Shown piece by piece: positions 1 through 9,541 of a stretch of 64,000 bases of DNA. The stretch is from the NCBI GenBank assembly GCA_019637855.1, contig JAHBUX010000001.1, positions 145,337-209,336 of the forward strand. The letters run 5' to 3'. The stretch is from Bdellovibrionales bacterium (GTDB lineage Bacteria; Bdellovibrionota; Bdellovibrionia; Bdellovibrionales; UBA1609). Under the pieces are notes generated by a model. It saw nothing but the letters and a program-made list of their open reading frames with translations, was not told the origin of the DNA and ran no database searches. How positions within the stretch are numbered: the stretch's first letter is position 1; each line of letters begins with the position of its first letter. Both the position numbers and the translations under genes were made by a program.

Positions 1-453
1 TTTTCAATTCCCCTTCTGTTCATCGGCGCCGAAGCTCTTTACGGGATACCCGTTTTTCGCAGTAGCACCAATGTCAATACCACGACAAGCGACAAGTACT
101 TCAAAGCGGATGACGAATCGCTGAACCTGGGTGGAACTCTTATTCTTAAACTTGGCCCGATGCGAATTTTGGGAACCGCTTACCTGTATTCGCAAGCGAA
201 GGGCAAAGTTCACAGCATGACCGCCTTTGGCGAGGATGCCACCTACGAACGCAATGGCACCGGCTCACGCTATGGCATGGACGTTACCTTGTTTAAGGGT
301 TTGAATATCGGCATCGGTGGATTTAACTATCACTACTCCACGCACTCAATTGACCGCGACATCAATTCATTCACCAAAGTGAGCGGCGCCAAGTCGCCCA
401 TGACCGCCAGCGGAACCTACTACACCATCAGCTGGACGCACGCCATCGACTAG
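1..453 (+). CDS. C-terminal part of a probable outer-membrane beta-barrel protein (5' end lies outside the window)
   Basis: Frame +1 is open from nt 1 to the TAG at 451-453; the ORF track shows it only from an internal Met at 160. The sequence has a beta-strand-like alternating pattern (FNYHYSTHSI, GTYYTISWTHAI). Confidence 0.4.
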   Translation, partial: FSIPLLFIGAEALYGIPVFRSSTNVNTTTSDKYFKADDESLNLGGTLILKLGPMRILGTAYLYSQAKGKVHSMTAFGEDATYERNGTGSRYGMDVTLFKGLNIGIGGFNYHYSTHSIDRDINSFTKVSGAKSPMTASGTYYTISWTHAID

Positions 454-1433
454 ATCGACTTCAACGCCTCGTGAACGGCGTAGTCTTGCCAACGCTTGCT
501 TCCCAACGGCGTCTTGTACCTCGTCAAATACCCCATATGGCCGCCGAACTCCTCAACGTGCAGATGCACCTGCGGGGAAAGCTTGGCTTCTTGGTAACTC
601 TCAAACGGCACAAACGGGTCGTCCTTGGACATAATGATGGTGGTGGGCACCTTGATACGTTCGAGCAAGGTGTGCGTCGAGCAGCTAGTGTAGTAATCTT
701 CACGACTCTTAAAGCCGCCTGCCGGCGCCGTGTACAAGTCGTCTAACTCATACAGAGTCGTGAAGCGGGGGACGCGAGCCTTGATAGCGGCATCCGCCTT
801 ACCGGCGATGATATCACGGCGACACTGCAGATAAAATTTAGCGTCGTAAATGCGATTCAACCCCTGGCGCAAAAGCACCGACGTGCGATGCAGATGAATC
901 GGCGCATTCACCGCGATGGCCGCATCGGGCAGAACTTCACCGCGCTGGCCGGACAGCAACAATAAGAGCGCATTGGCACTCAACGAGAAGCCAACGGCCA
1001 CATGCCGCAGGCGAGGATACATTTTTTTGCCAAAATCGATCACGGCGGCAAGGTCCTCACCCCGACCCGAATGATACGGCCCCCTAGCCATACCCACGCC
1101 CTCACCGCAACCGCGATGATTCACAACAAAAACCGTATGTCCCTGCTTTTGCGCAAGCAGCGACGTGCGGTGGATGTAGGTGGAGTCCGTGCTACCCGCC
1201 AAACCGTGGAAGATATAAACCGCGGTGCTAGAGGCGCCCGGTTGAACAAATCCGATCAACACATCCCCGTCAGGCAACGGGATCTCAATGCGCCGGCCTT
1301 TACTCTTGAGTTGAGGCGAAGGCAGCAAATGGCCCAAAATCGTTTGTGCGTGACCCCCGCGAGCCCAAACCGGCGGCACACATGGCTCTAGTTGCATGCT
1401 GCCTACATTGCCCAAAAATCCTCCAGATGTCAT
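450..1433 (-). CDS. alpha/beta-fold hydrolase, YheT/ABHD1-3-like
   Basis: 327-aa ORF with an HG oxyanion motif (FHGLAGS), a nucleophile elbow (VGFSLSAN) and the N-terminal ARGGHAQTILGHLLP typical of YheT-type hydrolases. The start could instead be the internal Met13. Confidence 0.75.
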   Translation of the reverse strand: MTSGGFLGNVGSMQLEPCVPPVWARGGHAQTILGHLLPSPQLKSKGRRIEIPLPDGDVLIGFVQPGASSTAVYIFHGLAGSTDSTYIHRTSLLAQKQGHTVFVVNHRGCGEGVGMARGPYHSGRGEDLAAVIDFGKKMYPRLRHVAVGFSLSANALLLLLSGQRGEVLPDAAIAVNAPIHLHRTSVLLRQGLNRIYDAKFYLQCRRDIIAGKADAAIKARVPRFTTLYELDDLYTAPAGGFKSREDYYTSCSTHTLLERIKVPTTIIMSKDDPFVPFESYQEAKLSPQVHLHVEEFGGHMGYLTRYKTPLGSKRWQDYAVHEALKSI

Positions 1434-1487
1434 TGCGCGCTCATGTCTTGCGACCTATCCTCCAGATAAGTAGCGGGAGAGACACGT

Positions 1488-2618
1488 ATGAAATGGATCA
1501 AATACATCTTGGGCGGGATTCTGGCTTTTCTGGTAGCGCTGCTGCTTTTGGTCCTAGTGGTGAATGGTTTTGATAAAAAACTAAAACCCGAAGTCAAAGC
1601 GGCGCTCGAGAAGCCCTTAGTCGCCACCGAAACAGAAAAACGCGCTTACTTTTTTCTTCTCGGTCTATATGGAGGCGCGCCAGCCACAGAGGCAGAGAAA
1701 AAAGGCGAAGCGCTTTGGACGCGCAAAGATGAACCCGGCTTCTGGGATCCTCTACGCAAGAACGACATCTTTAAAATGGGCTCCACCGGCTGCCCCCATG
1801 CGATGTGCAATGCCCAAGCATTGAAAGATGACCCTTCTTTGCTTGAAAAACTAAAGGCGGAACTACCGCGGGTTCAAGACTACATGCGCCTGATCTCTTA
1901 CGGCGAAGGCATCACGCTTTTTCGTGGCGACGAACACACCATCTTTCCGCCGATCTCGGCCCTCCCCTATTCACCGCACCAATGGTTCTTATTGCAATTG
2001 TCAGAGTGGTCACTGAAAGGAGGTCAGCTGCGCGTAATCGACCTGCTGATCGCCAGCAATCATTACCTGGTTTCATTCGTCAAAAACGGCACACTGATTG
2101 AGCGTGCTATTGGAGTGGCAGGCCTGAGAGCGAATGCGGCCTTTGTGAAAAGCGAGATCGAACGCAATCCTAGATTTCCGGCCAATGTGGATCTGATGAA
2201 ATCGTTCAATTTTCCCCGCAGCGAAGACATTATCTTTGGCGCAGTAGAGGTCGAACTTAAGATCGTAGCGAACATGGTACACTCCATCGAAAGCCTCTCA
2301 GATTCTGGGGGAATAGAAAATGGCCTGCCCGCATTGGTGCCGGCCCGGTTGATGTTTCGACCCAACGACACTTTAAATCACTATTTCGATATCAGTACGC
2401 AAGCCGCCAGCGCGGACTGCCCGAACGCCGATTTGGTGGCTTGTGTTCCCGCCGCTAAATGGATGCGACTTAAATATCCGTGGCAATGGATCAGCAACCC
2501 GGTGGGACGAGCAATGGTGGGAATCACTGTTGTTCACATCATCCGTCAACAGCAGATCATTGAGCGACGGCGCGCTGAGATCATGGCCGTACAAGATCTG
2601 ATGCGTGAGCAAAATTAA
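1488..2618 (+). CDS. hypothetical membrane-anchored protein
   Basis: 376-aa ORF with an N-terminal TM helix (ILGGILAFLVALLLLVLVV). No recognisable catalytic motif. Confidence 0.6.
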   Translation: MKWIKYILGGILAFLVALLLLVLVVNGFDKKLKPEVKAALEKPLVATETEKRAYFFLLGLYGGAPATEAEKKGEALWTRKDEPGFWDPLRKNDIFKMGSTGCPHAMCNAQALKDDPSLLEKLKAELPRVQDYMRLISYGEGITLFRGDEHTIFPPISALPYSPHQWFLLQLSEWSLKGGQLRVIDLLIASNHYLVSFVKNGTLIERAIGVAGLRANAAFVKSEIERNPRFPANVDLMKSFNFPRSEDIIFGAVEVELKIVANMVHSIESLSDSGGIENGLPALVPARLMFRPNDTLNHYFDISTQAASADCPNADLVACVPAAKWMRLKYPWQWISNPVGRAMVGITVVHIIRQQQIIERRRAEIMAVQDLMREQN

Positions 2619-3013
2619 GCGGGCGGAGGCGGAATCACCTTTCCTTCGCGGAAGTACCAAACGCCACCTTGTTTGCGAAAGCGTGAAAGCTCATGGTGCG
2701 TTTCTTCCGCTTTGTCGCCCGTACGAAAACGGGCTTTGAATTCAACCACGCCCTTGTTGCCCTCTTCCGAGGACTTCAAAATCTCTAGTCCTGTGAAAGT
2801 CGAGCCGTCCATCCATTCACGGCTGGCGGCATGATCAAAATCCAAACGCCGTTGCGGGTCGGTGGTGTTGAGGATGTATTCGAAATCGCGCTGAGCATAG
2901 GCTGTGTAACGTGAACGCATCAAAGCTTCAGCCGAGGCGGCGGCTTCATCACCGGCGAGCAGAGGACCACAGCAGGTTTCAAAGGACTTAGCGGAACAGC
3001 ATGGGCATTGCAT
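2615..3013 (-). CDS. ychJ: YchJ-family (UPF0225) protein
   Basis: 132 aa with the N-terminal CPCCS..F..CCGP motif characteristic of YchJ. Abuts the upstream gene, whose stop is at 3014. Confidence 0.7.
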   Translation of the reverse strand: MQCPCCSAKSFETCCGPLLAGDEAAASAEALMRSRYTAYAQRDFEYILNTTDPQRRLDFDHAASREWMDGSTFTGLEILKSSEEGNKGVVEFKARFRTGDKAEETHHELSRFRKQGGVWYFREGKVIPPPPA

Positions 3014-4876
3014 TTATTCTCCTTCAAGTAAACTGCGCACTTGCGCTTCTAAGAGGATGGCCTTCGCCTGCGTGGCAGGAATAGGCACGCTGATCACCAA
3101 ATCCACGCGACTAAGCCAATGCTTAGGCATCTTTAAAAAAGGCAACCCATGACCAAAAGAAAACCATGTTCCCCACAAACCGCGTAATGCCATGGGAATC
3201 ACGGTTACCGGATCTCTTTCTAACGCACGCTCTATACCTGGACGGAAACCAGCCATACTGCCATCGCGCGTGATCGTGCCTTCTGGAAAAATACACACCA
3301 ATTCGCCGGCTCGCAGGGCAGCAGAGATCTGGGCGAATGCCTCTTCGAGCATTTTTGCATCTTCTTTTTTACCAGCGATGGGAATCACACCCGCCTGGCG
3401 CATAAGAGTGCGAATGATCGGAATCCCCCAGAACTTGTAATGCATCACGAATCGCACGGGTCTGCGAATCATCGCAAAGATCAACATCCAGTCCACGTAA
3501 GTCACATGATTGCACACCAAGATCGCCGCGCCCTCCTTAGGAATATTCTCTTCCCCACGCGCGCGGATACGATAGACGAAACGTGAGGCCAGCCAGGCCC
3601 AGAAACGCAGAGTGAATTCAGGCACCACGGTGTAGATGTAAATCGAGGCCAGCAGATTCATAATGGCCAGCACGGCAAACATCTCTTGGAAGCTAAGCTT
3701 GATAGCGTGAAACCACATCACCAAGCCACTGGATACCACCATAAACACGGCATTCAGGATATTGTTGGCCGCAATCACCCGCGAACGCTCACCGCGCTCA
3801 CTGCGCTCTTGGATCAAGGTGTACAAAGGCAGAATGAAAAAGCCGGCGAACACGCACATCAGAAAAAAAGCGGCGAGCATCCATGGCCCCACGCTCGAAG
3901 CAAGAAAGGCCCGCAAACCGATGACCTGATCGGTGGACCACGAAGGTTCAGCAAAATAAAGTGCGAAAACAAAAACCGACATGCCGAGGGAACCAATGGG
4001 AACAAGCCCAAGCTCAACTCGGCCAAAGGAAAGCTTCTCACACAGAATTGAACCTAGGGCGATGCCGATCGTGAACATGGCCAGAAAGGCTGTCACCACG
4101 TGGCTGTCCACGTTCAGCATATCTTTGCAGTACACCGGAAGAATGGCCAAAATCGCGGCACCGAAAAACCAGAACCAGGAGATGGCTAGGATCGAATTGT
4201 AGACCGCACGATTCTTGTTCAGAATGCGATGAAGCGCGACAAAATTAGGGATCGGATTGTATTGCACCTTCAGATCTGGCGCGCCACCTGGAATACGCGG
4301 GACGAAGTGCGCCGACACTACCCCCAAAAGGGCGATCACCAACACTGCGGCGGACACCCAAAACTCGGGTAGATCGGCAAGCAGACCTCCAGCGATCGTG
4401 CCGGCTAAAATCGCGAGGAAGGTTCCACTCTCCACATAGGCGTTGGCTTCCACCAGTTTGGCGGGCGGAACCAACTCTGGAATAATGCTGTATTTGACCG
4501 GGCCGAATATGGCCGAGTGCAGGCCCATAGCGAACAGCACCACCAAAAGCATCCCAAATTGATGCGTATAAAAGCCTACGACCGCCACCAACATGATTAG
4601 CACTTCAAAATACTTTACGAAGCGAATCAGGCCGGACTTCTCGAGCTTGTCGCAAAATTGGCCGGCAATGTGCGAAAACAGAAAGAACGGCAGGATAAAC
4701 AACCCACCGGAGAGCGCCACAATGGCAGCTTTATCCATTCCCCACACGCTTAGCTCGCGAAACGTGATCATCAACACCAGTGTGTTCTTGAAAACGTTGT
4801 CATTGAGCACGCCCAAAAACTGCGTCCAGAACAACGGCGCGAAGCGGCGATCAGTCACGGTCATTTTTAGCGACAT
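3014..4876 (-). CDS. lysophospholipid transporter (LplT-like MFS) fused to a PlsC/Aas-type acyltransferase
   Basis: 620 aa. The N-terminus FAPLFWTQFLGVLNDNVFKNTL followed by ~12 TM helices is LplT-like. The C-terminal domain carries the acyltransferase H(X)4D motif (NHVTYVDW) and FPEGTITRDG. Confidence 0.8.
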   Translation of the reverse strand: MSLKMTVTDRRFAPLFWTQFLGVLNDNVFKNTLVLMITFRELSVWGMDKAAIVALSGGLFILPFFLFSHIAGQFCDKLEKSGLIRFVKYFEVLIMLVAVVGFYTHQFGMLLVVLFAMGLHSAIFGPVKYSIIPELVPPAKLVEANAYVESGTFLAILAGTIAGGLLADLPEFWVSAAVLVIALLGVVSAHFVPRIPGGAPDLKVQYNPIPNFVALHRILNKNRAVYNSILAISWFWFFGAAILAILPVYCKDMLNVDSHVVTAFLAMFTIGIALGSILCEKLSFGRVELGLVPIGSLGMSVFVFALYFAEPSWSTDQVIGLRAFLASSVGPWMLAAFFLMCVFAGFFILPLYTLIQERSERGERSRVIAANNILNAVFMVVSSGLVMWFHAIKLSFQEMFAVLAIMNLLASIYIYTVVPEFTLRFWAWLASRFVYRIRARGEENIPKEGAAILVCNHVTYVDWMLIFAMIRRPVRFVMHYKFWGIPIIRTLMRQAGVIPIAGKKEDAKMLEEAFAQISAALRAGELVCIFPEGTITRDGSMAGFRPGIERALERDPVTVIPMALRGLWGTWFSFGHGLPFLKMPKHWLSRVDLVISVPIPATQAKAILLEAQVRSLLEGE

Positions 4877-4943
4877 GCGCGAATCATCACATGATTCTCA
4901 GAATGAGTCACAACTTTTGACTAGCATTTGCCGATCAAGCCTC

Positions 4944-5780
4944 ATGTCCTCCCGCCCGGAGCAAGCCTTGATTTTGATTCACAAAAAGACCAAGCAGCGT
5001 TACCCGCTGCGGGGCGAGGACTTCGTGATCGGACGCTCGCAAGGCGACTTGGTTTTCGATCACGATCCCAAATTGTCAGGCCGCCATTGTTTGATTCGCC
5101 TCACGCCACAAGGCTTTGCCATTCATGATCTTAAAACGCGAACCGGAGTTCATATCAATGGCACCCAACTTCCCGCCGGCAAAGCCTGCATTTTGAAAGT
5201 AGGCGCCGAGGTCACCATCGGCGATCAGCATTTCACCGTCGCGCAGGATCGTCCGCGCAAGCACAAACGCACGTCCGCTCACTCCTCGGCCTGGCAACCG
5301 ATACTGTTTTTATTCTGTGCGCTTCTGTTAGGAGGCGCTTGGTATTTCGGCATGGCCAAACCCAACGGCGTCATCACTCAGATTTCGCCCGTCAATCTTT
5401 CACCCGCCAATATCGATGCGGAATTCGAGGAAGCCATCCGTCATCTCACCGCCTTCGGAGAAGCTCTACGCCGCCGCGAACTGACTGAAGAGCAAACCCT
5501 GAGTGCTATCCGCAAAGACCTCCTGCCGCGATTCACTAGCGTGCACCAACAGCTGCAAGCCTACCGCCCGGCCAAAGGAAAGCTCGAACCGCGCTTAGAT
5601 TTTCGCCGCCGTATCTCGGGCGCGCATGTTGGTCAGTTGACGGCTATGGCCAACTTTATTCAAACTAAAGAAGTTAAGTACTCAATGCAGATGGATCAGT
5701 TTCAACGCCAGATGGAAATCCTGATGGCGCAAGAAGCAGAAGAGTCCCGTCGACCCAGCTCGCTACCGGAGGCCAACTAG
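4944..5780 (+). CDS. FHA-domain protein with one TM helix
   Basis: FHA signature (YPLRGEDFVIGRSQGDLVFDHDPKLSGRHCLI...THDLKTRTGVHINGTQL). The ORF track starts at 4593, but that extension is antisense to the MFS gene. ATG 4944 is in frame; ATG 4875 is an alternative. Confidence 0.7.
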   Translation: MSSRPEQALILIHKKTKQRYPLRGEDFVIGRSQGDLVFDHDPKLSGRHCLIRLTPQGFAIHDLKTRTGVHINGTQLPAGKACILKVGAEVTIGDQHFTVAQDRPRKHKRTSAHSSAWQPILFLFCALLLGGAWYFGMAKPNGVITQISPVNLSPANIDAEFEEAIRHLTAFGEALRRRELTEEQTLSAIRKDLLPRFTSVHQQLQAYRPAKGKLEPRLDFRRRISGAHVGQLTAMANFIQTKEVKYSMQMDQFQRQMEILMAQEAEESRRPSSLPEAN

Positions 5781-5781
5781 A

Positions 5782-6576
5782 ATGCCATACACTCATCGCC
5801 AACAAGTGGGGATCTTTCTCGCTGTCACATTGAGTTTAAGCTGGCTGCTCGAGCTTTACATATTGAAGGTCGTTGGCAGCTTTCAAACGCCTTTGCTGTT
5901 CGTTCTGATGTGGATACCGGGTTTAGTCGGCATCGGTTGTTCGTATGTTTGCGGCAACGGCTTTCGCGATTTAGGTTTGGATCTGCCTCTGCCGAAATAC
6001 TGGGCCATCGCTTACGTCGTCCCCGCAGCCGTGGTTCTTCTTACTTTGATCGTATGCACGCTGATTGGAATCGGCTCGTTTGTGTTCGAACCCGGAAAGT
6101 TCTTAAGGCTCGCGATCTTTCTTCCGCTATTGGGCGTGGTGATGGCCTTGGTCACCCACTCGTCCAGCGAACTAGGTTGGCGTGGTTATCTGCAGTTTCA
6201 TGTGCGCCAAGCGAAGATCCCGGCGCCATATTTAATGGTGGGCTTGGTTTGGTCCGCATGGTTGTGGCCGCTTGTCGCCTTCAGCGACTACACGAGCAGT
6301 AAAGTTCCACTCCTCAGCCTCTTGACCTTCACTTTAACGATGACCGGTTTCTCAATATTCTTAGGCTGGTTGCGCGATCGCTCGCGCTCGGTGTTTACAG
6401 CCATGCTGGCCTATGCGGTTCACACCACATGGCTACGCGAAATCGTGCCGGGCTTTTACAAACCCGGCGATTTGAACCCTTACTTCGGTGGAGAAGCCGG
6501 GTTTGTGATGGCCATTCTTTACATCCTCGTCGCCGCCTACGTGGTTCGCCGCGAAGAGGGCTTTCTACAGGTCTAA
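5782..6576 (+). CDS. CPBP-family (CAAX/Abi-like) intramembrane protease candidate
   Basis: 264-aa polytopic membrane protein with an E..xR-type motif (SSELGWRGYLQ) and a downstream His motif (AYAVHTTW). Starts 1 nt after the FHA gene stop. Confidence 0.5.
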   Translation: MPYTHRQQVGIFLAVTLSLSWLLELYILKVVGSFQTPLLFVLMWIPGLVGIGCSYVCGNGFRDLGLDLPLPKYWAIAYVVPAAVVLLTLIVCTLIGIGSFVFEPGKFLRLAIFLPLLGVVMALVTHSSSELGWRGYLQFHVRQAKIPAPYLMVGLVWSAWLWPLVAFSDYTSSKVPLLSLLTFTLTMTGFSIFLGWLRDRSRSVFTAMLAYAVHTTWLREIVPGFYKPGDLNPYFGGEAGFVMAILYILVAAYVVRREEGFLQV

Positions 6577-6577
6577 C

Positions 6578-6784
6578 CTAGTAAGCCGGTGGATCGCTGG
6601 CCGGAAACGATTGCATCGACGCTTCATCGACCTTATCCACACGGCGCGGGGGGCGTTCCATCACGCGCGCCCGCACTGGCTGTCGAACCATGCGACGGGA
6701 CCAAAACCAAGCCAGCGCCGAACCCAACAGCGTGGCTCCGGCGAACATCAAATTTGGATGAGATTGCATCATTGTGGTCTTCAT
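6578..6784 (-). CDS. small membrane protein, unknown function
   Basis: One TM helix (LMFAGATLLGSALAWFW) and a C-terminal SFPASDPPAY tail. The start is uncertain: ATG 6784 is chosen here, while the track uses an alternative start at 6826. Confidence 0.4.
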   Translation of the reverse strand: MKTTMMQSHPNLMFAGATLLGSALAWFWSRRMVRQPVRARVMERPPRRVDKVDEASMQSFPASDPPAY

Positions 6785-7013
6785 GAAATCCAAGCCACTG
6801 CAAATCGCAATCCAAGCGCGAAGCACAGCGGGACTACACTCTCTTCTTGCGAAAATGTTTTAGCGGGGCAGAAAGCACGAACACGTGCGTAAATAACTAG
6901 GCAATTTTCCTCGCGCGAGACAGCCATAAAGCAATGAGCTTAGTCTGCTTTGAGGCCCCGATTTTGCTCTGTTCTCATCATGAGTTTTCTAACGAGAAGG
7001 AGGAACTCCAGTT

Positions 7014-7172
7014 ATGCCTAATCAAAATGATCAGAACCGTAACTCGCAGCAAGGTTCACGGCCGAACCAGAGCCGACAGCAAGTAACCCCAGAACGTCCG
7101 AATCAACAACAGCCCGGCCAGCGTGACTCTTCAACGAGCAACGGCAGCCGCGGCAATCGCATGAACGAATAG
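7014..7172 (+). CDS. 52-aa Gln/Asn/Arg/Ser-rich hydrophilic small protein (not in the ORF track)
   Basis: AAGGAGG at 6997-7003 sits 10 nt upstream of ATG 7014. The protein is MPNQNDQNRNSQQGSRPNQSRQQVTPERPNQQQPGQRDSSTSNGSRGNRMNE, with TAG at 7170-7172, followed by a strong terminator. Confidence 0.55.
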   Translation: MPNQNDQNRNSQQGSRPNQSRQQVTPERPNQQQPGQRDSSTSNGSRGNRMNE

Positions 7173-7195
7173 CTTTTTGATTTAAAGCTTTGATA

Positions 7196-7226
7196 AAAAG
7201 CCAGGCCACGCGCCTGGCTTTTTTTA
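7196..7226. terminator. bidirectional rho-independent terminator
   Basis: AAAAA-GCCAGGC(7200-7206)-CACGC-GCCTGGC(7212-7218)-TTTTTTT. It lies between the convergent small ORF (+) and the ABC permease gene (-). Confidence 0.75.
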
Positions 7227-8747
7227 TTTTCCGCTCACTGATTGGGTGGGGCGCGCATTGTGAGCATTGAGGTTTTTTTCGAAATGGCGTGAGAGGCGCA
7301 CAAACGGCAATCCAATCAGGAAATAAACGGCAGCAGTAAGCAAACCGATACCAAGATAGTCAAAGTATGTGGAAGCCAGCTGTCCATACGTGGCTGTCAG
7401 CTCTACCATCGTGATCACCGACACCAGCGAAGAGTCTTTGAGCAACGCAATAAAATCATTGGTCACCGGCGGAATCACCACACGGATGGCCTGCGGCAAA
7501 ATAATATGACGAAGCGACTGACGACGGCTCAAGCCCAAAGCTTGCGAGGCGTCCATTTGCGCCTTTGGGATCGAGAGAATGCCGGCACGGTAGTTTTCCG
7601 CTTCACAGGCACCGTAGTTCAAACCCAGACCGATGACCGCGGCCATGAATGGATCGAAGCGAATGCCCAAATGAGGAAGCCCGTAGAAAATTAGAAAAAG
7701 TTGAATCAAAAGAGGAGTGCCGCGAAACACCTCCACAAACGCCATCGCCACAAATGAAACCACGCGGTTGCCGTAAAGCCGCGCCACTGCCGTGATCAAT
7801 CCGATCACGATCGCTAGAATCATGGACAGCACCGAGATCTGCAACGTCATCCACGCGCCCTTGGCCAACAACGGCAAGAACGAAACGTAGCGCTTTACCC
7901 GCTCTTTGAAGCCGTAGTCCTTGAAGGCGGTTTTTAGATAGTCATCATATGCGGTGGATGGAGTTTGCGGGTCTGCACTTTGTCCCCAGGCCTTTGCACA
8001 GAGAGGGTTCCATAGACCCCATTTTTCCAAAATGCCGCGAATGGTGCCATCGCTGATCAGCTTTTGTAAGGCCTGATCAATGCGAGCGGAAAACTCCGGA
8101 TCGTTTTTACGGGTGGCGATACCATAGTCCATGAGCCCAATAGGTCCACCCACGATCTTAAGCTGTGGGTTGGGCTTGGCATAATAAAGCGCGATGGGCT
8201 CATCCAACAGCACCGCATCGATCCGACCGAAAGCCAGATCGTTGTAGAGATGCATCTCTTCGTCGTAGGTCACAAGCTTCATCGGAAAAGATTGCTCGTT
8301 CAAAATTCTCTGCGCCAACGAGGCTGTCAGAGTTCCGACGCGCTGATTTTCCAGATCTTCTAGACGATGGATATCGTCGGTGGACTTGCGAACGGTCAAA
8401 ACTTCGGAGGTGATGTAGTACGGCCGCGAAAAAGTCACCTCACGCGCCCGATCGGGAGTGATCTCGATACCGTTGACCACGATGTCGTAGTCCTTACGCT
8501 CAAGACCCTGGATCAAACCACCCCAATTGTTCTGAAAGAACTGAGCGCGCATACCCAATTCTTTGGCCAGCGCCTCGACGATCTCCGCTTCAAAGCCCAC
8601 GATCTTATCCGGCTGTGCGGGATCTTTGTACGCGAAGGGCGCTCCGCTCTCGATATCCGCACCCCAGCGCAAAATGCCGGCGCTTTGCGCGAAGAGCGCA
8701 TTCGACGTCAGTAGAAGAAGTGTTAAAAGCCCTCTTCTTAGGATCAT
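7224..8747 (-). CDS. polar amino-acid ABC transporter, fused periplasmic substrate-binding domain and permease
   Basis: 507 aa. It has a signal peptide, a family-3 SBP-like N-terminal half (WGADIESGAPFAYKD, DIVVNGIEITPDR) and a HisM/GlnP-type permease C-terminal half (EAENYRAGILSIPKAQMDASQALGLSRRQ). Confidence 0.85.
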   Translation of the reverse strand: MILRRGLLTLLLLTSNALFAQSAGILRWGADIESGAPFAYKDPAQPDKIVGFEAEIVEALAKELGMRAQFFQNNWGGLIQGLERKDYDIVVNGIEITPDRAREVTFSRPYYITSEVLTVRKSTDDIHRLEDLENQRVGTLTASLAQRILNEQSFPMKLVTYDEEMHLYNDLAFGRIDAVLLDEPIALYYAKPNPQLKIVGGPIGLMDYGIATRKNDPEFSARIDQALQKLISDGTIRGILEKWGLWNPLCAKAWGQSADPQTPSTAYDDYLKTAFKDYGFKERVKRYVSFLPLLAKGAWMTLQISVLSMILAIVIGLITAVARLYGNRVVSFVAMAFVEVFRGTPLLIQLFLIFYGLPHLGIRFDPFMAAVIGLGLNYGACEAENYRAGILSIPKAQMDASQALGLSRRQSLRHIILPQAIRVVIPPVTNDFIALLKDSSLVSVITMVELTATYGQLASTYFDYLGIGLLTAAVYFLIGLPFVRLSRHFEKNLNAHNARPTQSVSGK

Positions 8748-9514
8748 AAGAAGTGCCTTAAATAGTTGCGCGTGCGCTCGTCGCGCGGGCTGCCGAAGAT
8801 CTGCTCGGGCGGCCCCATCTCAACGATTTTACCGTGTTCGATAAATACGATGCGATCGGCGACATCGCGGGCAAAGCGCATCTCGTGAGTCACCACGATT
8901 TGAGTCATGCCCTCTTGATCCAGTTGTTTCATCACGCGCAGCACTTCATTTACCAAAGTGGGATCCAGCGCGCTGGTCGGCTCATCATAAAGCATCAGCT
9001 TCGGCGTCATCATCAAAGCCCGAGCAATCGCCGCCCGCTGCTGTTGACCGCCCGAAAGCTGAATCGGATAACGATCCGCCTTGTCAGCCAATCCCACTTT
9101 CGCCAGATGCTCGTGAGCCAACGCCTCCGCCTCCACGCGATCGCTCTTACGCACCACTTGCGGCGCCATCGTCAGGTTCTGCAGGATCGTCAGGTGCGGA
9201 AAGAGATTGAAATTCTGAAACACCATGCCGGTGTGGCGGCGCACAGCCTGCGCGCGTTTGATAAAACAAGACTGGCCAATCTGCGTAGGGCACTTGAGAG
9301 TCGTCCCCAACACATCGATGGCGCCTTCGTCCACCGTCTCCAGGCCATTGATGCAACGGAGGAGCGTCGACTTTCCACAGCCCGAAGGACCGATGAGCGC
9401 AACCAAGTCCCCTTCTTCAACCTCGAGGCTAATGCCATCGACGACGAATTTGTCGTGAAAGGCTTTACGAATGTTCTCAATGGAAACGACCAATTCCCGC
9501 GCTCTCCTGACCAA
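8744..9514 (-). CDS. amino-acid ABC transporter ATP-binding protein (GlnQ/HisP-like)
   Basis: Walker A GPSGCGKST, signature LSGGQQQRAAIARAL and Walker B LMLYDEPTSALD. There is a 4-nt overlap with the downstream permease gene. Confidence 0.9.
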   Translation of the reverse strand: MVRRARELVVSIENIRKAFHDKFVVDGISLEVEEGDLVALIGPSGCGKSTLLRCINGLETVDEGAIDVLGTTLKCPTQIGQSCFIKRAQAVRRHTGMVFQNFNLFPHLTILQNLTMAPQVVRKSDRVEAEALAHEHLAKVGLADKADRYPIQLSGGQQQRAAIARALMMTPKLMLYDEPTSALDPTLVNEVLRVMKQLDQEGMTQIVVTHEMRFARDVADRIVFIEHGKIVEMGPPEQIFGSPRDERTRNYLRHFL

Positions 9515-9541
9515 AATATAAAAATTCGCGCCAATATATGG

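Noticed and set aside
4593-4943. A 117-aa N-terminal extension of the FHA ORF.
   Set aside because: It runs antisense through the first ~95 codons of the LplT-like gene and has no domain features. The FHA domain begins right after ATG 4944.
7018-7209. A 63-aa minus-strand ORF.
   Set aside because: It is antisense to the better-supported 52-aa ORF (consensus SD, terminator in the correct orientation), and it would read through the terminator stem.
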